Shown piece by piece: positions 19,639 to 31,222 of a DNA stretch of 64,000 nt; the first letter of the stretch is position 1; every line of letters starts with the position of its first letter. The stretch comes from Sandaracinaceae bacterium (GTDB lineage: Bacteria; Myxococcota_A; Polyangia; Polyangiales; Sandaracinaceae). Where the stretch lies: assembly GCA_044220955.1 (NCBI GenBank), contig JBGAQA010000033.1:1-64000 (forward strand), in the 5' to 3' direction. The translations under genes and the position numbers were made by a program. The notes beneath the pieces were generated by a model that was not told where the DNA came from, did not search any database, and saw only the letters and a program-made list of their open reading frames with translations.

Positions 19639-20586
19639 TCAGCGGTGGTGGGCGAGGAGCCAGTCGAGCACCTCGGTCCCGATCACCCCGGTGGTGAAGG
19701 TCGGGATGTGGCTTCCGCCCTCGATCGTCATCAGCCGGACGTCGAGCCCCGCGTCGCAGCCGGTGAACGTGTGCGGCGTCGTCTCGGCGCCGGGGATCGT
19801 GCTCTCCGCGTCGATCGGCGCGTCGTCGGTCGGAGTCGCGTCACACCCGGCGCGCGCCGCCCAGCGCCCGGTCATCGCCAGGGCACCGGGGAACGCCCCG
19901 AGCCCGACGTTGCCGCCGGCGTAGGGGATCGTCGTGTCGGCGGTGCCGTGCAGGTGCAGAACGGAGACGGGCTGGCTCGGCGTGCACGCCGCGTCGGGCT
20001 CTGCGTCGGAGCCGGCGAGGACCGCGACGGCGGTCACCTCGTCCGCGAGCTCGCAGGCGATCCGGTACGACATGAACCCGCCGTTCGAGTGGCCGAAGAA
20101 GTAGACGCGGCCGGGATCGATCGAGCGCACCGCCATGGCCTCTTGCACGAGCCCGCGGAGGTACGCGACGTCGTCGACGCCGGTCGACGCGAAGTCGCAG
20201 CAGCCGTGCGCGTTCCAGAAGCGCTTGCCGCTCGTGTCGACGGTGCCGTCGGGCACGATCACCCACAGACCCCGCGAGGCGGCCGCGCGCGTGACGCCGA
20301 GGTACGTGTCCTGGACCGCGCCGGTGGCTCCGTAGCCGTGGAGCAGCACGAGCAGCGGAGCGGGATCGGCGCCGGGCGACGACGGAGCGACGAGGCGTGC
20401 ACGGCGATCGGTGGGCCCGATCGTGGTGGAGCCGCTCGTGCTCGCGCCGGTGTCGCCGACGCTCGCGTCGATGCCCAGGCCCGCGTCGGCGTCGGCGGCG
20501 GCGTCGGGCGTCGCGGCGGCCGGGGCCCCGCACGCGAGCAGGACGAGGGCGGCGGCGAACCGGAAGAACGGGCGGGACCGCGTCAT
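19639..20586 (-). CDS. PHB-depolymerase/LpqC-like esterase lipoprotein
   Basis: LLAC lipobox; LHGYG, WNAHGCC, DDVAYL, GHSNGGFM, HGTAD, GGSH. Confidence 0.85.
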   Translation of the reverse strand: MTRSRPFFRFAAALVLLACGAPAAATPDAAADADAGLGIDASVGDTGASTSGSTTIGPTDRRARLVAPSSPGADPAPLLVLLHGYGATGAVQDTYLGVTRAAASRGLWVIVPDGTVDTSGKRFWNAHGCCDFASTGVDDVAYLRGLVQEAMAVRSIDPGRVYFFGHSNGGFMSYRIACELADEVTAVAVLAGSDAEPDAACTPSQPVSVLHLHGTADTTIPYAGGNVGLGAFPGALAMTGRWAARAGCDATPTDDAPIDAESTIPGAETTPHTFTGCDAGLDVRLMTIEGGSHIPTFTTGVIGTEVLDWLLAHHR

Positions 20587-20663
20587 GGCGCGCAGTATGT
20601 CGCGTGCGCGGACCGGCACCACCAGCTTGGCGGGCCCGCTCCGCCGTGCGACAAGAGCCCCCC

Positions 20664-22337
<1,674 letters not shown>

Positions 22338-22339
22338 TC

Positions 22340-22545
22340 GGGGTCACTCCAGCACCATCCAAGTGGCCGAGATCACACCGAACCGGCGGCAAGGTGCGCG
22401 ATTCGTGCCGGAGCCCACGAAACAAGACGTCCCGGACGAATCGCGCACCTAGGCGCCCGATCGACATGATTTCGCCATGTTGAGCGGGTGTGGAGTGACC
22501 CCATCGGATTTCGCCATGTTGAGCGGGTGTGGAGTGACCCCATCG
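22340..22545. repeat. REPIN/MITE-like nested palindrome with duplicated 39-bp right arm; possible bidirectional terminator
   Basis: GGGGTCACTCCA (22340) versus TGGAGTGACCCC (22491 and 22530); perfect 15-bp IR 22392-22406/22436-22450; exact tandem repeat 22468-22506/22507-22545. Confidence 0.85.
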
Positions 22546-22558
22546 GAACCCCATCGGA

Positions 22559-24205
22559 TCAGAAGACCGGGGGCTCCTGGAAGCAGCGGTGGTCGACGCA
22601 GAACTCGCCGCCACACTCGGCGTCGGTGTCGCAGCCCATGCGACGCACCGTGGAGACCCACTGCGCCAGGTGGTTGGTCTCCTCCATGTTCTGGAAGGGC
22701 ATCCAGAACGGGACGGAGGTCGGGTCCAGGCCCGCGGCCGCACGCATCGGGTCGAAGGACGCCATCCAGAGCTGCGAGCGGACGTCCTCGTCGAGGCGCA
22801 GGCCGTAGCCGCGGCGGCTCGCCCACACGATCCAGAAGAGCGGGTGGCCGCGCTCGTTGAAGCTCGTCGGATTGAAGCGTGGCCACTGGTCGCTGAGGCC
22901 GTGGATCGCGTCGAGCGACACCGCGGCGCCGGTCCCGCTCGAGGGCACGAACCACATCTGGGCGTCGCTCATGCGGCTCGTGCCGCCGCCAGGGTCGTCG
23001 CCGATCGAGGAGGCGTTGGAGGGGGAGCGGTTGTAGATGACGAACTGCCCGTCGGGCGAGTAGCTCGGGTGGAAGTTGTTGTCGCCGCTCGAGGCGACGA
23101 GCGTCGGTCCGACGGTCCAGGCACCTCCGACGCGATCGAGCCGGACGATGCTCCCGCTGGTGATGCCGTTGGAGTCGAAGAGGCCGAGCGTGCTGCGCCC
23201 AGGGAACGACACGTAGACGATGTGCTCGCCGTCGGGTGACCAGTCCGGCATCGAGGCGGCCGCCCCGGTGACCCCTTCCTCGATAAGCGTTCCATCGGTC
23301 GCGGACAGGAAGCGGAGGCCGGCGAAGGAGCTGCCGACGATCTGCGCGTTGTCCGGGCTGAACGAGGTGAAGTTCGACTGGGCTGGGCCCGCGAGCGGGC
23401 CGCCCGTGCCCATGCCCCGGAGCAGGAAGCGCTGCGCGCGCGTCTCGATGTCGAAGACCTCGAAGCGCGAGGTCACCGTGTCCTCGCCGACCGCGATGAG
23501 CGCGCCGTCGCGGGAGAGAGTGTGGCAGCCGATGCAGAACGTCGCGGCCGTGGTCGCGACGTTGAGGAAGTGCTCCGCGCGCGCGCCCGGCACGCCGAAC
23601 TCGAAGCGGTTGATCGCCCCGTTGGCGCCCGGTGTCCAGTAGTACACGCCGCCCGTCACGTCCTGGTTCGCGAAGGTGATGGTCTGGCTCGTGGTCTCGC
23701 CGAGCGCGCCGGACGCGCTCACGCCGCGCAGCACGTACGTGATCGGTCCCCGGCCGCGCGCCGCGCTCGAGATCACCGTCCACGTGTCGTGGTCCGGCAT
23801 GAACACGCAGCCCGCCCCGACGCTCTCGGGGCAGCCGAAGTACACCCGGATGCGGCTCGTGCCGGCGGTGAACGCGAGCTGGAAGACGGTGCCGCCGTTC
23901 GGAAGGTAGTGGAACTCGAGCTGCGAGAGGTTCGGCGGGACCATCACGGCGTCGAGGGGGTACACGAGCGAGGGCGCGTGCGAGGCGTCCGGCGTGCCGC
24001 CGAACATCGCGGGGGCGTCGGACGGCGCGCTGGCCGTGACGATGTCCACGTCCACCGGCGCGACGTACGCGTCGTTGCCCGGAGGTGTCCCCGAGTCGGT
24101 GCCGGGACCGACGGGCCCTGCGTCACCCGTCGCCGTCCGGCCGGCGGTGCAGCCGGGGCCGAGCGCCAGCGCGACGAGCGTGAAGAGGACGGCACGATGC
24201 AGCAT
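22559..24205 (-). CDS. TolB-like/PD40 beta-propeller lipoprotein
   Basis: GPGC lipobox; FSPDN, PDWSPDG, PSYSPDG repeats; CIGCH motif; Cys-rich C-terminal tail. Confidence 0.8.
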   Translation of the reverse strand: MLHRAVLFTLVALALGPGCTAGRTATGDAGPVGPGTDSGTPPGNDAYVAPVDVDIVTASAPSDAPAMFGGTPDASHAPSLVYPLDAVMVPPNLSQLEFHYLPNGGTVFQLAFTAGTSRIRVYFGCPESVGAGCVFMPDHDTWTVISSAARGRGPITYVLRGVSASGALGETTSQTITFANQDVTGGVYYWTPGANGAINRFEFGVPGARAEHFLNVATTAATFCIGCHTLSRDGALIAVGEDTVTSRFEVFDIETRAQRFLLRGMGTGGPLAGPAQSNFTSFSPDNAQIVGSSFAGLRFLSATDGTLIEEGVTGAAASMPDWSPDGEHIVYVSFPGRSTLGLFDSNGITSGSIVRLDRVGGAWTVGPTLVASSGDNNFHPSYSPDGQFVIYNRSPSNASSIGDDPGGGTSRMSDAQMWFVPSSGTGAAVSLDAIHGLSDQWPRFNPTSFNERGHPLFWIVWASRRGYGLRLDEDVRSQLWMASFDPMRAAAGLDPTSVPFWMPFQNMEETNHLAQWVSTVRRMGCDTDAECGGEFCVDHRCFQEPPVF

Positions 24206-24308
24206 GGGCTCCCCTGGCGATGCGAGTTCGAGAGAGGGCGAGGGTAGCGGCCGATCGCGCTCGGTCCGCAAGAGGGTAGCGCCGCGGCGGGGCGCCTTTT
24301 CTCACGCC

Positions 24309-25970
24309 TCAGGGGCCCCAGCGCTGGGCGATCGGGACGCGCCGGCCGGGACCGAACGCCTTGTGGGTGACGATGAGCCCGGGCGGCAGCTGCCGCCGCT
24401 TGTGCTCCGCGATCCGCACCAAACGGCAGACCTTCTTCACCGTCGCCTCGTCGAACCCGGCCGCCACGATCTCCTCGGGCGCACGCACCTCTTCGACCAG
24501 GAGGCCCAGGATCGCGTCGAGCACGTCGTAGGGCGGGAGCGAGTCCTGGTCGGTCTGGTTCGGACGCAGCTCGGCGCTCGGCGGCTTGGTCAGCGTGCTC
24601 TCGGGGATCAGCGCCCGCCCCGCCTGCCGGTTCACCTCGCGGCTCACGCGGTACACCATCGTCTTGAAGACGTCGGCGAGCACCGCGAGGCCGCCCGCCA
24701 TGTCGCCGTAGAGCGTGCAGTAGCCGCACGCGACCTCGCTCTTGTTGCCGGTGTTGAGCAGGAGCCCGTTCATCCGGTTCGCGAGCGCCATGAGCACCGT
24801 CATGCGCAGGCGCGCCTGGACGTTCTCGAACGTGACGTCGCCCTCGGGCGCGGCGCCGAGCGTCGCGAGCGGGGCCGGCAGCACGTCGTGGTAGGGCGCG
24901 TAGAGCGGCTCGATCGAGACGATCTGGAACGGCAGACCGAGAGCCGCGGCCAGCGCGCGTGCGTCGGTGATCGACCCCTCCGAGGAGTAGCGGCTCGGCA
25001 GCGCCACGCCGTGCACGTTCTCGGGGCCGAGCGCCCGCGCCGCGATGCAGGCGACGAGCGCGCTGTCGATCCCGCCGCTCAGGCCGAGCACCGCCTTCTT
25101 CATCCCGCAGCGCCCGGCGTAGTCGCGCACGCCGAGCACGAGCGCCTCGAGGATCGCCGCCTCCTCGGTCTCGGGCAGAGCGTGGACCGGACCGCCCTCG
25201 GCGAGGTCGGCGACCACGAGCTCCTCGCGGAAGCTCGGGGCCTGCGCCCAGATCGATCCGTCGGGCCCGTACATCGCGCTCGTGCCGTCGAAGACGATGT
25301 CGTCGTGCGCCCCGACCTGGTTGACCATCACGAGCGGCAGGCCGTGCGTGCGCGCGATCGTCGCGAGCATCGCGCCGCGACCGTGGCGCTTGCGCCCCGT
25401 GAAGGGCGAGCCCGAGAGGTTCACGAGGACGTCGACGCCCGCGCGCACGAGATCGGCGATCGGGTCGGCCGCGTAGCGCCTGCCGCGCATGATCGCGACG
25501 TCGTTCCACGCGTCCTCGCACGTGGTGAGGCCCAGCTTCACGCCGTCGACCTCGACGATGCCGGGCTCGCTGCCCGCCTCGAACCAGCGGTCCTCGTCGA
25601 AGACGTCGTACGTCGGCAGGAGGCGCTTGTGCACGATCTGCCGCACGTGCCCGCCCTCGAACACGATCGCCGAGTTGTAGAGGCCGCGGCCGACGACGGC
25701 GTCGCGCGCGACGGGCGCCCCGACGATCGCGACGAGCTCTCTCGGAAGCGCCTTCGCGAGCGCGTCGATCGCGCTCATGACGCCCTGCACGAACGCCGGG
25801 CGATCGAGCAGGTCGCGCGGCCCGTACGCGGTGAGGGCGAGCTCGGGGTAGACGGCGACGCGCGCGCCGGCCGCCCGCGCGCGCTCGGCGAAGGACACGA
25901 TCTTGGCCGCGTTGCCGGCGAGGTCGCCGATCGCGGGATCGATCTGGCAGAGCGCGAAGCGGAGCGTCAT
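24309..25970 (-). CDS. nadE: Glutamine-dependent NAD+ synthetase
   Basis: Nitrilase domain (PELAL, KRLLPTYDVFDE, CEDAW) plus GLSGGIDS, ENVQAR, TGNKSE, PSAELRPNQTD. Confidence 0.95.
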   Translation of the reverse strand: MTLRFALCQIDPAIGDLAGNAAKIVSFAERARAAGARVAVYPELALTAYGPRDLLDRPAFVQGVMSAIDALAKALPRELVAIVGAPVARDAVVGRGLYNSAIVFEGGHVRQIVHKRLLPTYDVFDEDRWFEAGSEPGIVEVDGVKLGLTTCEDAWNDVAIMRGRRYAADPIADLVRAGVDVLVNLSGSPFTGRKRHGRGAMLATIARTHGLPLVMVNQVGAHDDIVFDGTSAMYGPDGSIWAQAPSFREELVVADLAEGGPVHALPETEEAAILEALVLGVRDYAGRCGMKKAVLGLSGGIDSALVACIAARALGPENVHGVALPSRYSSEGSITDARALAAALGLPFQIVSIEPLYAPYHDVLPAPLATLGAAPEGDVTFENVQARLRMTVLMALANRMNGLLLNTGNKSEVACGYCTLYGDMAGGLAVLADVFKTMVYRVSREVNRQAGRALIPESTLTKPPSAELRPNQTDQDSLPPYDVLDAILGLLVEEVRAPEEIVAAGFDEATVKKVCRLVRIAEHKRRQLPPGLIVTHKAFGPGRRVPIAQRWGP

Positions 25971-26482
25971 CCGCGCTTGGGTCCCACGAGGGTTCGCAAG
26001 GTCGAGCGCGCGCAGAGATCGCCCTGGGCATCCCGGATCTCGACGACGACCTCGATCTCGCGCCTCTCCGTCGACGAGGGCAGCGCCGGCGGACGGCTCT
26101 CGGCGACGAGATCGCCACGCGCCTTCTTCAGGTACTCGATCGAGAGCCCCGCGACGATGAAGCGCATGTCGTCGGGCAGCGCGTAGAACACCGCGACGTT
26201 GCCGGTCACCTCCGCGAGGTTCGCGAGCGCGATGGCGTGCACGCAGCGCAGGTGGTTGCGCACGCTCGGCCGATCGCGGAGCGTCACCCTCGCGTAGCCG
26301 ACGCGGAGCGCCTCGATGCGCGCGCCGATCGTTCCGGTGTAGGGCGCCGCGCGACCCACCATCAGCGAGAAGAGGCGCTTGCCGCCCGGCAGGCCGTGCA
26401 AGCGATCCCAGGCGTCGCGGACGAAGTTGCCGCGCTTCTCCACGTCGGGCGCGAAAGGAATGGCGGAGGCGATGGAGGCCAT
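25967..26482 (-). CDS. Hot-dog fold thioesterase (PaaI/DUF4442-like)
   Basis: APYTGTIG, NHLRCVHAIALANLAE, IEYLKKARG; 4-bp overlap with nadE. Confidence 0.85.
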   Translation of the reverse strand: MASIASAIPFAPDVEKRGNFVRDAWDRLHGLPGGKRLFSLMVGRAAPYTGTIGARIEALRVGYARVTLRDRPSVRNHLRCVHAIALANLAEVTGNVAVFYALPDDMRFIVAGLSIEYLKKARGDLVAESRPPALPSSTERREIEVVVEIRDAQGDLCARSTLRTLVGPKRG

Positions 26483-26541
26483 GGATGGCGAAGCTGCGAC
26501 CCCCTGGTGAGTTGCGCAAGGGCCGGGTGATGATGCGCGAC

Positions 26542-28593
26542 ATGGACACGCGCCCGCTCCGGTGGCTCTCGCTCGCGCTCGGGATCGTCGCTGGCTGCGG
26601 CGGTGGGGGCACGCCCCCGGCCGACGCGGGGGCCGGCCTCGACGGCGGTCCGGGCGCCGACACGGGCTCCATGCCGGACGCCGGTCCCACGCCCGACACC
26701 GGGACGCCGCCACCGCGCGACGCGGCGCGTCCCGACACCGGCCCCGAGGCGCCGCCGATGGGGACGCTCAGCGCCGACATCCGCGTCGACCACCTGGGCT
26801 GGCGCACGGGCGACACGAAGGTCGCCGTCCTGCTCGGCCACGCGCACGAGAGCGTCGAGATAAGGCGCGTGAGCGACGGAACCGTCGCGGGCACGTACAC
26901 GTCGGGCAGTACGAGCACCGACGAGGACTCGGGCGACTCCGTCTCGCGCGTCGACTTCTCGGACGTCACCACGCCGGGCGACTACTACGTCCTTCTCCCC
27001 GGACCGATGTTGCGCTCGTATCGCTTCACGATCGACGACGCCGTCTACGACATCGCCGCGCTGGCCGCGGCCAAGAGCTACTACTTCCAGCGCTGCAACC
27101 ACGATCACGCGCTGCCCTACGCGAGCGACAGGCTCGGCGGCTTCGCGGGCACGGACGGCCAGTGGGTCGACGACGCCTGCCACGACGGGGACTTCGCCGC
27201 CGTCGCCGGCCCCGGCTCGACGGACCACGGCCCGCTCGACGTGCACGGCGGCTGGCACGACGCCGGCGACTACCAGAAGACGCTCTGGGGCCGCGGCGTT
27301 CCGGAGCTGCTCTTCGCGTACGAGATGAACCCCGGCGCCTGGACCGACGCGCAGCTGAACATCCCCGAGAGCGGCAACGGAGTGCCGGACCTGCTCGATC
27401 AGATCGCGTGGGAGCTCGACTTCTACGTGCGCATGCAGCGGCCGGACGGGCACTTCATGACCAGCGTGAAGGGGCACAACGCGACGACCAACTCCCCCCC
27501 GAGCGCGTCGGACGAGGAGCGCGTGTACTTCGACTCGACCGCGCCGAGCGGTGGCGAGTGGTCGGGCGGCGGTACCACCCTCGTGGAGGCGAGCGGCAAC
27601 GCGGTGCTCGGGCTGGCGCACGCGGCGATCGTGTTCGCGCCCAGCGACCCCGCCCGCGCCGCCGCCTATCGCGCGGCCGCGACGAGCGGCTGGACGTGGC
27701 TCTCGGCCGCGAGCGCGAGCACCGACTCGGAGCGGCGGCTCCGCGCGGCCGCTGCGGCCGCCGTGCACCGGATGGACGGCTCGACCGCGAGCGCGGCCAC
27801 CGCCGTGTCGAGCTTCGCATGGCGCACGTGGGACGGTCAGCGCGGCGGCGGCGCGACGCCGAGCGAGGGCGTGATCGCGGCCGGCGCGTGGCACTGCCTG
27901 CTCGACGCGGCGTGCGGCGCGACCGTCCAGGCCGACATCCGCGACGCGGTTCAGGACGTGATCGTCGACGGCGCGTTCTCGCAGACCGGCGCCTACGGCG
28001 GGATGTTCGGCGGTCCGGGCAACGGCTGGGAGTGGAGCTGGGGCTCGAGCCGCGCGCAGAGCATGTACGGCGGCAACCTCATGATGGCCGCGCACTTCGG
28101 CATCCTCGGAACGCACACCGCGACGGAGGTCCGAGATCGCGCCGAGGCGCACCTGCACTTCATGCTCGGCCTCAACCCGCTCTCGATGCTCTACCTGACC
28201 AACATGGCCGCGTACGGCGGCGAGCACTCGTCGTTCCAGATCTACCACGCGTGGTTCAGCTACACGGGCAGCGACGGCGACCACGGCAACGCGACGTACA
28301 ACGGGCTGCCGGTGGGCGTGGACGAGCCGCTCTACCCCTACTACGCGGACGACACGGCCAGCTCGACCTACGGCCCGGCGCCCGGCATCGTCCCCGGCGG
28401 CCCGAACTTCTACTACTCCGCCGCGTACACCATCCCCATGCGTGAGCGCCCGGCCTACGCCTACCGCGACTTCTCCGTCGGCTGCGACTGGGACGGCTCC
28501 CAGTGCCGCGCGGCGTCGTGGGAGATCAGCGAGCCCTCGCAGAGCTACCAGGGCCCCTTCGTCCTGCTCGCGTCGTTCTTCATGAGCCGCTGA
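26542..28593 (+). CDS. Glycoside hydrolase family 9 lipoprotein with N-terminal Ig-like domain
   Basis: VAGC lipobox; IRVDHLGW, YYFQRC, GGWHDAGDYQK, LGLNP, WEISEPS. Confidence 0.88.
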   Translation: MDTRPLRWLSLALGIVAGCGGGGTPPADAGAGLDGGPGADTGSMPDAGPTPDTGTPPPRDAARPDTGPEAPPMGTLSADIRVDHLGWRTGDTKVAVLLGHAHESVEIRRVSDGTVAGTYTSGSTSTDEDSGDSVSRVDFSDVTTPGDYYVLLPGPMLRSYRFTIDDAVYDIAALAAAKSYYFQRCNHDHALPYASDRLGGFAGTDGQWVDDACHDGDFAAVAGPGSTDHGPLDVHGGWHDAGDYQKTLWGRGVPELLFAYEMNPGAWTDAQLNIPESGNGVPDLLDQIAWELDFYVRMQRPDGHFMTSVKGHNATTNSPPSASDEERVYFDSTAPSGGEWSGGGTTLVEASGNAVLGLAHAAIVFAPSDPARAAAYRAAATSGWTWLSAASASTDSERRLRAAAAAAVHRMDGSTASAATAVSSFAWRTWDGQRGGGATPSEGVIAAGAWHCLLDAACGATVQADIRDAVQDVIVDGAFSQTGAYGGMFGGPGNGWEWSWGSSRAQSMYGGNLMMAAHFGILGTHTATEVRDRAEAHLHFMLGLNPLSMLYLTNMAAYGGEHSSFQIYHAWFSYTGSDGDHGNATYNGLPVGVDEPLYPYYADDTASSTYGPAPGIVPGGPNFYYSAAYTIPMRERPAYAYRDFSVGCDWDGSQCRAASWEISEPSQSYQGPFVLLASFFMSR

Positions 28594-28676
28594 CGCCCGC
28601 GCGGTCGTGCTCGGGGCCGGCTCGAGCGCGGGGTGAGGTTGACGCCCGCCTGGACGCGACGCATGAGCGAGCCCGC

Positions 28677-29750
28677 ATGCTCTTCGACCCGCTCGTCTTG
28701 CGTGAGGGTGTCGTCTCGCGCAATCGCATCTGGCTCGCGCCGCTCACCAACCTGCAGAGCCACGAGGACGGCTCGCTCTCGGACGACGAGCTCCGCTTCC
28801 TCGCGATGCGCGCGGAGGGCGGGTTCGGTCTCGTGGAGACGTGCGCCGCGCACGTGGCCCAGGACGGAAAGGCCTGGCGTGGCGAGCTCGGCGTCCACGA
28901 CGACGCGATGCTCCCCGGCCTGACCCGGCTCGCGGGGGCGATCCACGCGCGCGGCGCGCTCGCGAGCGTGCAGCTCTTCCACGGCGGGCTGCGCGCCTCG
29001 GAGGAGGCCAGCGGTCTGCCCGTCTGGAGCGCGAGCGCCTACGAGGAGGGCGTGGTCACCCTGCCGCGCGCGGGGACCGAGGACGACATCGCCGGCGCGA
29101 TCGAGGCTTTCGCGCGCGCCGCCGAGCGCTGCGCGGAGGCGGGGTTCGACGCGGTCGAGCTGCACGGAGCGCACGGCTACCTCCTCGCCCAGTTCCTGAG
29201 CACCGTCTACAACCGGAGGACCGATCGCTGGGGCGGCTCGCTCGAGAACCGGGCGCGGCTGATCCGCATGGTGCTCCAGGCGGTGCGGGAGCGCGCGCCT
29301 GCGCTGGTCCGCATCGTCCGGCTCTCGCCCGAGGACTTCGCCCAGACGAAGGGCATCGACCTCGACGAGGCGATCCAGACGGCGCGCTGGCTCGCCGAGG
29401 ACGGTATGGAGGTGCTCCACCTCTCACTCTGGCGCGCTGCCCGCAACACGACGAAGCGGCCGGACGAGCACGCGACGCGCCTGTTCCGTGACGCCGTCCC
29501 GGCACGCGTTCGCGTCGTGACGGCGGGACGGATCCTGACCAAGCACGACGCGGACGCACAGCTCGCGCTCGGCGCCGACGCGGTCGCCATCGGGAGGGCG
29601 GCGATCGCGAACCACGACTGGCCGCTGCGCATCCGGGACGGCCACCCGACGGCGAGCGAGCCCTTGACGGAGGCGCACCTGCGCGCCGAGGGCCTGAGCC
29701 CGCGCTTCGTCGAGTACATGAAGAGCTGGAAGGGCTTCGTCGCGTCCTGA
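28677..29750 (+). CDS. NADH:flavin oxidoreductase (old yellow enzyme family)
   Basis: NRIWLAPLT, GFDAVELHGAHGYLLAQFLS, RTDRWGGSLENR. Confidence 0.92.
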   Translation: MLFDPLVLREGVVSRNRIWLAPLTNLQSHEDGSLSDDELRFLAMRAEGGFGLVETCAAHVAQDGKAWRGELGVHDDAMLPGLTRLAGAIHARGALASVQLFHGGLRASEEASGLPVWSASAYEEGVVTLPRAGTEDDIAGAIEAFARAAERCAEAGFDAVELHGAHGYLLAQFLSTVYNRRTDRWGGSLENRARLIRMVLQAVRERAPALVRIVRLSPEDFAQTKGIDLDEAIQTARWLAEDGMEVLHLSLWRAARNTTKRPDEHATRLFRDAVPARVRVVTAGRILTKHDADAQLALGADAVAIGRAAIANHDWPLRIRDGHPTASEPLTEAHLRAEGLSPRFVEYMKSWKGFVAS

Positions 29751-29770
29751 TCGCGGGCTACGCTCCCGCC

Positions 29771-31168
29771 GTGCGATGCACCGCGATCCTCGCGCTCGTG
29801 ATCTCTGCGACCGGCTGCGCCCCGCCTCCCGTGGCCAGCATGGACGCGGAGCGGCGCGACGCGGGAGCCGGCCCGCCCGACGCGTGGGCCCTCGACACCG
29901 GTCCGCCGGTCGACGCAGGCCGGTCGCTCGTCGATCCCGATCGACCCTACGGCTACCGGACGCTGCATCCGGCCTGCGGCGCGTGGGCCTACGACCTCGA
30001 CGACCCCTCGACCTACGACACGACGGGCGAGCTGGCCGTGGCGATCGCGGACGCGCGCTGCCGCTGGACGCTCGCGTGCCACGACGCGACGTCGTCCGCC
30101 TGCGATCCGTTCCGGGTCGACACGCCCGCCGAGGCGCTGCACGCGCCAGTCGAGGTCGGAGCCGCACGCGCCTGCCTCGACGCGCTCGGATCGGCCGCAT
30201 GCGACGACGAGTCGCGATATGCCGCCGAGCTGAGCTGTGCTCCGCTCGGGCGATACGGCGCTCCGGACGGGAGCCCGTGCAGCGCGGATCGCTGGTGCCG
30301 GTCCGGCCACTGCGAGGCCGCGAGCGCGACGTGCGGCGGCACCTGTGCGCCCGCGCCCGAGTGCGCAGGCGGCTGCGGGGCCGACGCGGGATGTGTCGCC
30401 GGTGCGTGCGTGCCGCGGCCGACGGAGGGCATGCCCTGCGGCGGGCTCGCGGGTCTCGAGTGCGCGAGCGGTCTCCTCTGCCACCCGGCGACGTACGCCT
30501 GCGTCCACGCGCCGATCGAGTCAGAGCCCTGCGTGATCTACTCGCTCTTCCCGGGGGTCGAGTCCGGCGCGTGCAGTCCGGGCCTCGCGTGCGACCACCG
30601 CGTGTGCGTGGCCCCCACGATCGGCGCTCCCGGCGACCCGTGCGACGCGACGCTGCACCTCTGCCCTTCCGGCAGCGACTGCATCGACGGTAGCTGCGCC
30701 GTGCGCCCTGCAGAGCGCGCGCTCTGCCGCGCCGCCGATCGGGCGTGCGCCTCGGGCCTGGGCTGCAATGCCAGCCGCGTGTGCGCGCCGATGGTGGGCC
30801 CGGGCTGCGACTGCACCGACGGGAGCGCGTGCCCGTGGAGCTTCCGCTGCGTCGCCGGCACCTGCCAGCGCATCGGCCTGGCGCGCGTCGCGTGTACGGA
30901 CGCCCTCGACTGCGACTGGGGCGAGTGCCTGGGCGGCGTGTGCGTGGTTCATGCGCTCGGCACGACGTGCAGCCTCGATGGGCCGGGGTGCTCCGAGGGT
31001 CACTGCCGGCCGATGGTGCGCGGCGTGTGCGCTCCGACCGTCCCGAGCGGCGGGGCGTGCGACGAGGACCCCTACGGGTGCGGCAGCGGCGAGGCGTGCG
31101 TCGACTTCACCACGTTCTGTGCGGTGCCCGCCGATCAGCAGAACCCGTGCGCGCCCGGCTGGCCCTGA
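29771..31168 (+). CDS. Cys-rich repeat lipoprotein
   Basis: ATGC lipobox; many G.PC...C..G..C...C modules; paralogue of the next gene. Confidence 0.8.
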   Translation: MRCTAILALVISATGCAPPPVASMDAERRDAGAGPPDAWALDTGPPVDAGRSLVDPDRPYGYRTLHPACGAWAYDLDDPSTYDTTGELAVAIADARCRWTLACHDATSSACDPFRVDTPAEALHAPVEVGAARACLDALGSAACDDESRYAAELSCAPLGRYGAPDGSPCSADRWCRSGHCEAASATCGGTCAPAPECAGGCGADAGCVAGACVPRPTEGMPCGGLAGLECASGLLCHPATYACVHAPIESEPCVIYSLFPGVESGACSPGLACDHRVCVAPTIGAPGDPCDATLHLCPSGSDCIDGSCAVRPAERALCRAADRACASGLGCNASRVCAPMVGPGCDCTDGSACPWSFRCVAGTCQRIGLARVACTDALDCDWGECLGGVCVVHALGTTCSLDGPGCSEGHCRPMVRGVCAPTVPSGGACDEDPYGCGSGEACVDFTTFCAVPADQQNPCAPGWP

Positions 31169-31222
31169 ACTGGATCGCTCGGCGCGAGGCGCCGCCTCGG
31201 CGACGCGCTACGCTGGTCCGGC

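Noticed and set aside
22468..22545. 39-bp repeat as a CRISPR array
   Set aside because: Two adjacent copies, no spacers and no cas genes
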